From an uncultured virus (IMG/VR IMGVR_UViG_3300021185_001360) (lineage: Duplodnaviria > Heunggongvirae > Uroviricota > Caudoviricetes), in the IMG/VR virus record IMGVR_UViG_3300021185_001360: DNA of 20,000 nt, one strand, 5' to 3'. Below, one piece after another: positions 7,433 through 15,701 of this stretch. The notes below the pieces were generated by a model. That model was given only the letters and a program-made list of their open reading frames with translations. It was not told where the DNA came from and did not search any database. Made by a program: the position numbers and the translations under genes. Numbering within the stretch: the stretch's first letter is position 1; each line of letters opens with the position of its first letter.

Positions 7433-9232
7433 TTATTTTCGTTTTTTTCCATGTGAACCGCAACTTGCGTCCATTAGTTTCTGTGCTACTACATCGATTT
7501 TTGCAAAGTCTGAGTCAGTTAGGTCAGACATTTTCTTTGGATTAGATTTTAGTTTGATGTTCTTACCACCAACTGAGATAGAGTCACCAGCTTTCTTACC
7601 TTGCTTAGCCGCTTTATCTAGTTCTTTGTAGAATTCATTGTACTCTGACATTGCAAGTCTAGCCGAATTGTTAACAATTCTGTCTGCTACATCGTCTGCA
7701 TTGAATACTTTTTTCTTACTTGTTGGGACAGCACCACCACTAACACCAGATAGTTTGTTTTGCATACCAATTGCCGCCGCTTTCGCAACACCACCGATAC
7801 CTTTACCTACTGCTTTTGTGATTGGTGAATTCTTTACTGCTTTGCCAACTGCGATACCCTTTTCAATGCCTCTAGCTGTTTTAATTGCTGTTTTCTTATC
7901 CATTCCTGCTTTAGCCGCCATACCTACGCCTACTTTAGCAAGTGTGCCTAATTTGCCCTCTTTAAGTGAGGACATAGCAAAGTCGGCAATCTTTAACATA
8001 CCAGCTTTAGTTTTTAGCATGTTGTCAATTTTTTCTTTGTTAGCATCGTTAACTTTATCATAAACTTGTGTAACAGCCGATGCAGTAAATAAATCTACTT
8101 TCATCTGGCCATCATCAAATTTAACAGGCATATTTTGTTTGTCTGCTACGATTTTCTTTAGAGTATCCATTGCACCTTCTTCAATCATTGCTGATTCTTC
8201 TACTGCCAAATGTGCATCGATACCAGCAGTTGATTTCATCTTCCAATGTTCAGCCGCCTTTTTAGCCGCTCCGTATGAGGTAGTCGCATGACATTCGTGT
8301 TTGCCTTTTTTAGCATGTACACAAATGTATGGTTTTTCATCTGCTTCTGAAACTGATTCATTTGCGTGACCAAGTTCTGCCATTCTTTTAGCAACAATAT
8401 CTCTAACGTCTTTGTTACCTTGTTCTTGTGCTTCGGCCATATCATCTAATAATTCATCATCAAACACAAAAGACATAACCATATCAGTTGTTTCGTCATT
8501 TGCTTCACGTGGTTCATCCATGAATTCATTATATTTTGAAACTGCCTCAGCATATTCTTCTTCTGGTTGACCATCATATTTCATTAGTCCGCCAATCATA
8601 GTACCTTCTTTGATACCTGATGCTTTGGCTTCTGCATTAAGTGATGCTATTCTACGCATAAGTTCTGCTTTTAATTCTGGGTCTTTGCTTGTCTCAGGGT
8701 CCAACTGAATGTCTTGTAATGCTTTTCTTTTTGCATCGTAATCATCTTGGGTGAGCGACCCTGCTGATTCTTCCATGCTTTCTTCTGCGTCTGGCTTGTT
8801 GGCCATCACTGCATCATAGTCTGCCATTTCTTCATCGTTTGGCATTTCCTCTGCACCTGGAACATTCATGTCCATACCGCTCATTTCACCATCTTCTGGT
8901 TCTTCGGGAGACATATCAGGCGCCATGTCCATGTCGCTTGGTGCTTCTGGATCCATCGATGGGATTTCACCAGGCATATCCATAGCCGGAGCCTGGTCAT
9001 TACCTAATTCTAGTGTATGCATACGAGCCGCTAGACTATCAGACATACGTTCATATGCCTCATAAGACTTATTATGCTGTTGTGAAAATGTTAAGGCTAA
9101 ATCATGAACCGCATCACGGGCATTCTTTCCACCTTCTAATTCTGTTTTGAGTTGTTCCGTACCACGGTTTAAGTAATCTTCAAACTCATCGTTGTTGATT
9201 ACAAAACTCTCTGTTAATTGTGTAAGTTTCAT
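7433..9232 (-). CDS. Modular hypothetical protein (599 aa), putative virion internal/head protein
   Basis: N-terminus MKLTQLTE, an acidic M/D/P/E-rich region, and several short modules bounded by xxE|[SGA] junctions (SMEE|S, GIKE|G, HANE|S, MIEE|G, SLKE|G). Contains a G/K/A-rich segment. Confidence 0.6.
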   Translation of the reverse strand: MKLTQLTESFVINNDEFEDYLNRGTEQLKTELEGGKNARDAVHDLALTFSQQHNKSYEAYERMSDSLAARMHTLELGNDQAPAMDMPGEIPSMDPEAPSDMDMAPDMSPEEPEDGEMSGMDMNVPGAEEMPNDEEMADYDAVMANKPDAEESMEESAGSLTQDDYDAKRKALQDIQLDPETSKDPELKAELMRRIASLNAEAKASGIKEGTMIGGLMKYDGQPEEEYAEAVSKYNEFMDEPREANDETTDMVMSFVFDDELLDDMAEAQEQGNKDVRDIVAKRMAELGHANESVSEADEKPYICVHAKKGKHECHATTSYGAAKKAAEHWKMKSTAGIDAHLAVEESAMIEEGAMDTLKKIVADKQNMPVKFDDGQMKVDLFTASAVTQVYDKVNDANKEKIDNMLKTKAGMLKIADFAMSSLKEGKLGTLAKVGVGMAAKAGMDKKTAIKTARGIEKGIAVGKAVKNSPITKAVGKGIGGVAKAAAIGMQNKLSGVSGGAVPTSKKKVFNADDVADRIVNNSARLAMSEYNEFYKELDKAAKQGKKAGDSISVGGKNIKLKSNPKKMSDLTDSDFAKIDVVAQKLMDASCGSHGKKRK

Positions 9233-9462
9233 TATTTTGCTCTCTTAATCATTGGACTCTTGACAGGCTTATTGTAAACTAAATTACCTACATTAGCAGA
9301 AAAACCCATCTTATAGTTCTTTTGTTTCTTACCAGGTGTCAAATACCCATATGGGTCTACTGCCTTTTTGGCATCCTTAGCTTTCGTACCCGGTGTCATT
9401 GGCATAGCCACACCTGCAAACGCTCCACTAAAATTTTCACCTAATAATTCTGTTAATTTCAT
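9232..9462 (-). CDS. Small basic hypothetical protein (76 aa) with capsid-targeting-like leader
   Basis: Probable start at ATG 9462 (MKLTELLGE|NFSGAFAGVAMP...), 5 nt downstream of a GATAAATA motif. Its stop overlaps the next start (TAATG). Confidence 0.65.
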   Translation of the reverse strand: MKLTELLGENFSGAFAGVAMPMTPGTKAKDAKKAVDPYGYLTPGKKQKNYKMGFSANVGNLVYNKPVKSPMIKRAK

Positions 9463-9467
9463 ATTAC

Positions 9468-9475
9468 TATTTATC
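9468..9475 (-). promoter_or_regulatory. T4-like late promoter motif (GATAAATA)
   Basis: Minus strand TTTGATAAATAGTAATATG, similar to the T4 late consensus TATAAATA. The same octamer occurs at 16854-16861. Confidence 0.55.
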
Positions 9476-9486
9476 AAATTAATTAA

Positions 9487-10809
9487 TTAATTGGAATTTA
9501 CTAGTTCATTGAAGTGTGGGAAGCACTCTGAATATGAGATTTTGCGTCTATCTTCTAATATTTTAAACTGTTTTTGTGCTATTAGCTTAGTTTCTACTGG
9601 CACTTCGCTTTCTACTAGTGATTTCATTGTCTTCATTAATCTAATATATCTTTGTTTTTTATAGAAATTACCAGACATATTCTGAAAATATTCTATTTGT
9701 TCTTCTATTGCATCTGCATGATGTGGCTCTAATGAATCTACTGCTAAATGCACTGGATTATCTACCCAATTCTGATGCATTAATATTGTCTTATCGTATT
9801 CATACTTATTTATTTTATCATTAAGGTACACTAAAAAATCTTTGAAGTAGGGAAGACTTAAACTATTGTGGGCGCAACCAAAACCAATAATTAGATTATC
9901 AATATCCTTTGATTTCTCAAAAAATAAATCTAAGTTTTCATCCCATTTATTAAAATCTAATCCCCACCTAATCAATTCACTCTGCTTATTTAATGCTTCA
10001 CCTGATAGTTGCATTTCGTAACGTATATTTGGAGTTCTATGTACTAGTTCAATAAATTTATCGAATTTCTTTTTAGGGAAGTTTAAATTTGTTGTAACAG
10101 TGATTACTACTATTTGTCCTTCAGTGTGAGTGTCATTGATGTTTACCATAAATTCTTCAATAAACTTAAACATATGGTCAGTAAAAAACGGCTCTCCGCC
10201 TAGTAAACTAAAGTTAACATGTCCTTGTCCTACTAATTTCTTATCCCAATAATCATTTAAAATATTCAGTGTCTTATCAAACATTGCATCATCTGTATCT
10301 GGAAAACGCTGACCTACTTCTTTTTGCCAACGAGTACTAGAACCAGCCCAACAATATACACACGCCATGTTGCATTTATTTGTTAATTCTATTTCAATAA
10401 ACTTGAAGTTGTCACGTTCCATCATATCTCTATGAAATTGTTTAGCCATGTTTGGATGATTGCCAGCTTTTTGTAAACGCATTCTCCACGGATAATCGTA
10501 ATTACTGTTATATGATGTTCTAACACTCTCTCCGCCTGCATCTTCTGTTCTCCAACAACCTGAACAATCTGTACTGCGGGTGCCTCCACTTAATTCATAC
10601 TTTCGTTGTTGTAGTATAGGATGATTAAATAAAAAATCTTCGGTAAGCGTATCTATGTCAAATGTTAGTTCTTTCATTTGCTCAGGCGTATGTTGTGTTT
10701 TACAACACCACTTTACTGTTCTTTGAGGTAAGGATATTATAATGTCGTTCCAGTTTTTGAAACACATTGTATTTTTTAAATTATGAAGATTTGGATTTAG
10801 TTCATTCAT
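9487..10809 (-). CDS. Radical SAM protein with N-terminal Cys-rich (SPASM/twitch-like) region
   Basis: CNMACVYC (CxxxCxxC), LLGGEPF, VTTNL. N-terminal C...WCC...CSGCW cysteines. ATGA overlap with the upstream stop. Confidence 0.9.
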   Translation of the reverse strand: MNELNPNLHNLKNTMCFKNWNDIIISLPQRTVKWCCKTQHTPEQMKELTFDIDTLTEDFLFNHPILQQRKYELSGGTRSTDCSGCWRTEDAGGESVRTSYNSNYDYPWRMRLQKAGNHPNMAKQFHRDMMERDNFKFIEIELTNKCNMACVYCWAGSSTRWQKEVGQRFPDTDDAMFDKTLNILNDYWDKKLVGQGHVNFSLLGGEPFFTDHMFKFIEEFMVNINDTHTEGQIVVITVTTNLNFPKKKFDKFIELVHRTPNIRYEMQLSGEALNKQSELIRWGLDFNKWDENLDLFFEKSKDIDNLIIGFGCAHNSLSLPYFKDFLVYLNDKINKYEYDKTILMHQNWVDNPVHLAVDSLEPHHADAIEEQIEYFQNMSGNFYKKQRYIRLMKTMKSLVESEVPVETKLIAQKQFKILEDRRKISYSECFPHFNELVNSN

Positions 10810-13800
10810 TTTTTCTTTGTACGCAGTAGCTTTTTAGGTTTCCCATCCTTGTCTACGTCATTACCAAACTTTTTAGCTTGTTTAGTAATTTCATTGGGTC
10901 CTACATCAACTGTGGTATTTATACCTGGTACGACACGCCCTACGCCTGCCGCCTCTTTAACATCTTTTCTACTGAATACTTTTTTAATTGCTTGTACTGT
11001 ATTGGCTGTAGTCGTTGTGTGATGTTTAATTGCGATACCACCTGCTGATTGCCATCCTTTGACATTCTTACCAAAATCATCAATTAACAAGTTCGGTGTA
11101 CCGTCTTGCTTAGTTGCATATTTTGATTTGTTATGGTCAATGATAACTTGCTCTGGTTTAAAGAAGTTTAAATGTTTTCTCACCCACTCTCTTTTACCAG
11201 GATCCACGTTTGGATCGTTTGCAAGAGGGGAACTTAATATTTTATATTTGCCTTTTGTGGCTTTAATTGTGTTGAGCAGTTCTTTATGACCTGCTAGTGT
11301 TGGCAAATCTTCCCAGAAGTTTGGAGTATTAACAATCTTCTTAAGTGCTTTGCCTATTTGCTCTTTTGGTATGTCTCTGTATGATTTGACATTCATAATT
11401 CTAGCCCACTCATTAAAGAAATCAACCAATACGCCATCCATATCCACATATACATCAGGAGTATTATCTTCTAATAGTCTTTCGAAATCTTCATCTAATG
11501 ATTTTTTATTCATCCAATTATCATACTTGCTTTCAGCCCAATTTGCAACCTTTTTCGTATCTGTTTTTACCCATGGTCCTCGATGCATGAATTTTGCTGA
11601 GATAGATACTTGTTTACCGAACAGTTCTTTTGGATGAAGTATGGATATATGATAAAGTCTCTTGTCATTATCAACACCTGTGACTTCAACTTCAATTTGT
11701 TCATACTTCTTACCAGCAAACTTGACATTATGTCCTGTCATAAACTTGCCTACTGCTTCTAATACTATGGTTTCTTTAACTGGAACTTTATTTAACAAGT
11801 CTTCCTTGCTTAGTTTGTAGTTAGATTTCATCCACTCATCTTTTAAATCAGCAATCATCTTACCAAGATTAGGACCAGCTACATAACCTCTTGCTAGTAA
11901 GTCTTTACCATTGATTGGGAAGTCTGGTTGTTCAAATCCGTGTACTGCATCATATACATCATTCTTGCCATGCATGTTTGCCCATGCAAGTAAATGATCC
12001 TGTGAGGCACCATTGATAATCATATCTTGTGCTTGTTTTGGATTGATGTTTTCACCTTTGTGCTTGATTAAGAAGTCAAACATTTCTCTATCGTAATTGC
12101 TCATCTTCCAATCTCTTGCAATACCACTACTGTCCAGCATTCTTGCAAGGGCAATAATAGGTCCTGTAGGCTCACCTAGTTTAGCTGGATTGATACCTTC
12201 AAGTCCAATCTTACTTGATACGCCTGTCTTGTTCATCCATTCAAGTGCTTCTTTGGCACTCGAACCCATTAACAATTTGCTCATTTCTTGCCAAATTCTT
12301 TCAACAGATAAACCTGTCATGCCATCTGCATTATCTTTGATTGCATTTAATGTGACATCGTCCCACTTTGGACTATCTAACTTAGATTGAAATCTAAAGT
12401 ATCTTAAGATACGCAAATAATCTTCTTTAATTCTTTCTTCTGGATCCCCTACGAACCTACTTACTTTATCTTGCAAGTCGTCCATACCACCATTGTAATC
12501 ATGTACTGTACCGTCAATGTCCATTGACATTGCGTTGTATGTTAAGTCTCTACGTTTGGCATCTTCTTCCCATGAACGTACAAATTCTACATCAGCATGT
12601 CTACCATCAGTATTTGTATCTGCACGTAGAGTTGTTATTTCAAAATCTTCACCATCGATAACCGCAGTTATTGTACCATGCTCTATGCCTGTAGGAATGT
12701 GTCTGATACCTTCTTTGTCAAGCATAGCAATCATTTCATCCGGTGTAGCATCTGTGGCAAAGTCAATATCTTTTGGCTCTTTACCTAATGCAATATCTCT
12801 TACAGCGCCACCTACTATTCTGACTTCATATTGATTCTTTTTAAATACTTTATCTAGCTTACGAATAGCCTGGGTAATGATAGGTTTGACGTTCAATGCT
12901 TCTTCTCTTAATGCTGATAACATAGTGTTCAGTGCTTCATTAACTCTTTCGTTTGTTTGTGGATAACGGATCATTGTTTCTCTAAAACGAAAGTCTTTGT
13001 TGCGACCTTTGTTTGGTACAAAACCAAAACGCTTGTAAAACTTAATCAGTCTATTCTTATTCCCACCAAATGCATCATCTGGTGTTAGTGCAATAATGGC
13101 GCCTTCTCTATCCATTCTATCAACGATATTTTGCATTTCTTTGGTCCCTTGACCAGCATTGCGTTCATCGCCTGATACTTCAATCTTAGATAGTACATAA
13201 CCTTTTTTAGCATCGCCATGTAACGATACTTCAACTTCTTCGCCTACGTAGGCTTTGACTGTTTTAATACCTTGTGCCTTGTATGCTTGAAGTCTATGGT
13301 TGCCATCTAATAGATATCCATCGTTGCCTATTACCATTGGGGGGAATTGAGATGTGTCTGCTTTTTTATATTTTTCAACATTTGCCTGACTCATTCCATC
13401 GCTCTTTACTGCTGTTGGTATCTTATCAACTTGTACGTCTTTTAGTTTAAACCCTTTATGAGATAGAACAAACTTTGACCAGTCTGAGTTTGGATCCATT
13501 GCGCCCGTATGTGTGCCTTGCATTTCTTTTGATAGTTTTGTCAACATTTGTTGTGATGATATTACTGAATTAGCAAGTTTAACTTCTTCTTCGACTTGAG
13601 AATTTGCTATTGCTTTAAGTTCATCAGGTAACATATTGATAGCTTCTTTTCGTAGACTAGCTTTTCCATTTTTCATAACTCTTAACAGGTCAGCCTTTTC
13701 TGCATGGTAAACTTTAGCAAACTTAGGATCGTTCTTGCCGATATCTCTGCCATTGCTTATCAAATCGGCATATTTAACTGTTTGTGCTTCTGCACTAACA

Positions 13801-14549
13801 CCTGCAAGTTTATCTCTGTCTATGCCTTTGCGTACTTTTCTATTACCGTCTTCTGGTTTACTTACATCAGTAAGTTCAACAACTAGTTTTGCAATCTGAG
13901 GACCAAATTCTCTTGTTACATCTGCTGGTGTAACACTTGTATCTTCTACTGTATCATGCAACAAAGCGGCACACTGTTGATTCACAGAACCACCTGCCTG
14001 TTTAACGATATTTCTCACTTCATCTAAGTGTACATAGTATGGTTCACCAGTGTACTTTCTCTTGTGGTCTTTGTGAGCCTCTTGAGCAAATTGTTCTGCC
14101 TTTGCTATGATATCCATTGATTCGTCCTCTGTGTAGATATCTTTGAAGTATACACTAGGAAACTTTAATGTCAAGGATAAAAGTTCATGAACATCAACAT
14201 TTGCACGTAAAATATTAATATCTCTACCTGTATTCAAAGCGGCCAACCACCGATGATGTCCATCTATAATCCAACTGTCACTACTTGCTAGTAGAGGTTT
14301 TGGGTTCTGGCCGTCATATTTTTTGTTCTTTGTAAGTTGTCTTTCAACACCTTGGTCTGAAAATTCTTTTTGTATTGGTTTTAAATCTTTTGCACTTACG
14401 ACTTGTGAAGTTAGAGTTACGCCGTTCTTTTTAAGATAAGATTTATATTCGTCATAGTCTGTAGATTTCACTTGAGGCATTTTGTCCCTTGTGATACCCA
14501 TAGTATCTTCTGGTTTAGGCTTCTCTATTTTGAATTCAGCTAGGCGCAT
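10806..14549 (-). CDS. 1247-aa multidomain protein: ParB/Srx-like, RelA/SpoT-type HD hydrolase, ParB/Srx-like, GNAT, CCA-adding tRNA nucleotidyltransferase, unknown domain, HAD 5'(3')-nucleotidase
   Basis: ParB-1 IIDGHHRW (~14130-14520). HD domain AH..KRKYTGEPYYVH, AALLHDTVED, VKYADLISN (~13600-14120). ParB-2 LLDGNHR (~13245-13580). GNAT RNAGQGT...LIKFYKRFGF (~12960-13235). Class II CCA enzyme VGGAVRD, DIDFAT, EITTLR, DAKRRDLTYNAM, EDYLRILRYFRF, SVERIWQE (~11780-12890). HAD YVDMDGVLVD, LSSP, LIDD (~10965-11465). Confidence 0.88.
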   Translation of the reverse strand: MRLAEFKIEKPKPEDTMGITRDKMPQVKSTDYDEYKSYLKKNGVTLTSQVVSAKDLKPIQKEFSDQGVERQLTKNKKYDGQNPKPLLASSDSWIIDGHHRWLAALNTGRDINILRANVDVHELLSLTLKFPSVYFKDIYTEDESMDIIAKAEQFAQEAHKDHKRKYTGEPYYVHLDEVRNIVKQAGGSVNQQCAALLHDTVEDTSVTPADVTREFGPQIAKLVVELTDVSKPEDGNRKVRKGIDRDKLAGVSAEAQTVKYADLISNGRDIGKNDPKFAKVYHAEKADLLRVMKNGKASLRKEAINMLPDELKAIANSQVEEEVKLANSVISSQQMLTKLSKEMQGTHTGAMDPNSDWSKFVLSHKGFKLKDVQVDKIPTAVKSDGMSQANVEKYKKADTSQFPPMVIGNDGYLLDGNHRLQAYKAQGIKTVKAYVGEEVEVSLHGDAKKGYVLSKIEVSGDERNAGQGTKEMQNIVDRMDREGAIIALTPDDAFGGNKNRLIKFYKRFGFVPNKGRNKDFRFRETMIRYPQTNERVNEALNTMLSALREEALNVKPIITQAIRKLDKVFKKNQYEVRIVGGAVRDIALGKEPKDIDFATDATPDEMIAMLDKEGIRHIPTGIEHGTITAVIDGEDFEITTLRADTNTDGRHADVEFVRSWEEDAKRRDLTYNAMSMDIDGTVHDYNGGMDDLQDKVSRFVGDPEERIKEDYLRILRYFRFQSKLDSPKWDDVTLNAIKDNADGMTGLSVERIWQEMSKLLMGSSAKEALEWMNKTGVSSKIGLEGINPAKLGEPTGPIIALARMLDSSGIARDWKMSNYDREMFDFLIKHKGENINPKQAQDMIINGASQDHLLAWANMHGKNDVYDAVHGFEQPDFPINGKDLLARGYVAGPNLGKMIADLKDEWMKSNYKLSKEDLLNKVPVKETIVLEAVGKFMTGHNVKFAGKKYEQIEVEVTGVDNDKRLYHISILHPKELFGKQVSISAKFMHRGPWVKTDTKKVANWAESKYDNWMNKKSLDEDFERLLEDNTPDVYVDMDGVLVDFFNEWARIMNVKSYRDIPKEQIGKALKKIVNTPNFWEDLPTLAGHKELLNTIKATKGKYKILSSPLANDPNVDPGKREWVRKHLNFFKPEQVIIDHNKSKYATKQDGTPNLLIDDFGKNVKGWQSAGGIAIKHHTTTTANTVQAIKKVFSRKDVKEAAGVGRVVPGINTTVDVGPNEITKQAKKFGNDVDKDGKPKKLLRTKKK

Positions 14550-14560
14550 TTAAAACAATC

Positions 14561-15700
14561 CTAATTTTTAATATTTCTATCTAAGCTGGCTAAATTTGCG
14601 TTTGCATTTTTGCCAAAGTTACTCTTGTTTAATTGCATTTTATTTACAATTTTCTTGAAGCCTTCTTTAGTTCTTAGATATTGTTTAATGATTTCTTTTT
14701 GTTCTGGTCTTGCAATATCATGATACGCCATTGTAAATCTTTTCGCAAGTTCAGGTGTAACTTTAATTTCTTCATTATCTTTAAATTTAATTGGAAAAGG
14801 CATATTATCTGCACGTGCGGCTAAGTTATCTAATACTCTCAAAGGATCAGATTGTTTAACAGGCTGACCTTTATTATATTCTACGATTAGATAAAAATCA
14901 TCTTCGTTAGATTCGTGTATCTTATTATATACGTCTGCAAGTTCTCTTGCATTTATTCCATGCATGGTACGAGAAATATCAAATGCGTATCCACTTACAC
15001 TTTGTCTGTTGCCTTTAGAAGTCACAAGCCTATGCAATGCATCTAGGGCCGCCTTCATATATCTTTCTGGTACATTTAATATAGCTTTATCAGGATGACT
15101 AAAATCTTCTGGTAAGGCATAATCTGCAATATTCTGTCCTAGTCTTTTTGTTTTTTGTTGTAAACTACGTAACTTCTTAATACCTTTACCAGTTGTAATT
15201 GCAACCTTAAACATACCTTTAAGTACATCAACTGTTGTCTTTGCCAACACAGCCATAATAATTAATTCTGCTAACGGAGGGACTGAACCAAAATCTTCAC
15301 TAACATCTACAGTGGACTCTACTGGAAATTCTTTGTTTGATGTTTTGAAGTTCTTTTTACGCATGACAGTTTTTGCAACTAAGTCTAGTTCTTCGTTGTC
15401 TCTGTCCCATTTCAATACAAAAGGAATATTGATATCACTTTCTAAGTCTTTCATCACTGCCTCAGCATCAGGACCCATCTGTGCAATTGGTTTACCCCAA
15501 CGCTTGTATTCTTTTTTAAACAAATTTACCAACTCAGGCATAGTGATTTGTTGACCATTACGGTCATCGTTTGCTCTATCGATAAAGTGTCTAGTGAATT
15601 CTACATCGATGTTGAGACTAGAAAACAAATTATCTAATGCTTTTTCTAAAGCATTTAATTGAGTGTTAGTTATTGGTTGTTCTACTTCATCTAATCTCAT
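14561..15700 (-). CDS. Modular hypothetical protein (379 aa), putative virion internal protein; N-terminal domain possibly RelE/BECR-like RNase fold
   Basis: Leader MRLDEVE. N-terminal module VEFTRHFIDRANDDRN...LVAKTVMRK. Junctions FPVE|S, DVSE|D, IHE|SNE|D. C-terminal module similar to part of the 599-aa protein. Confidence 0.55.
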   Translation of the reverse strand: MRLDEVEQPITNTQLNALEKALDNLFSSLNIDVEFTRHFIDRANDDRNGQQITMPELVNLFKKEYKRWGKPIAQMGPDAEAVMKDLESDINIPFVLKWDRDNEELDLVAKTVMRKKNFKTSNKEFPVESTVDVSEDFGSVPPLAELIIMAVLAKTTVDVLKGMFKVAITTGKGIKKLRSLQQKTKRLGQNIADYALPEDFSHPDKAILNVPERYMKAALDALHRLVTSKGNRQSVSGYAFDISRTMHGINARELADVYNKIHESNEDDFYLIVEYNKGQPVKQSDPLRVLDNLAARADNMPFPIKFKDNEEIKVTPELAKRFTMAYHDIARPEQKEIIKQYLRTKEGFKKIVNKMQLNKSNFGKNANANLASLDRNIKN

Positions 15701-15701
15701 T

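Noticed and set aside
8236..8445. 69-aa minus-strand ORF nested in the 599-aa gene
   Set aside because: Out-of-frame overlap with no supporting motif.
8770..9000. Met/Asp/Pro/Glu-rich quasi-repeats in the 599-aa gene as a tandem repeat or CRISPR-like array
   Set aside because: No exact DNA repeat unit or regular spacing; it is protein-level low complexity.
10806..14549. Interpreting the window as bacterial chromosome because of cca, spoT-like, tgt and iscU genes
   Set aside because: T4-type PolB, clamp, DsbA-like gene, late-promoter motifs, single-strand dense packing and the unusual fusions point to a phage.
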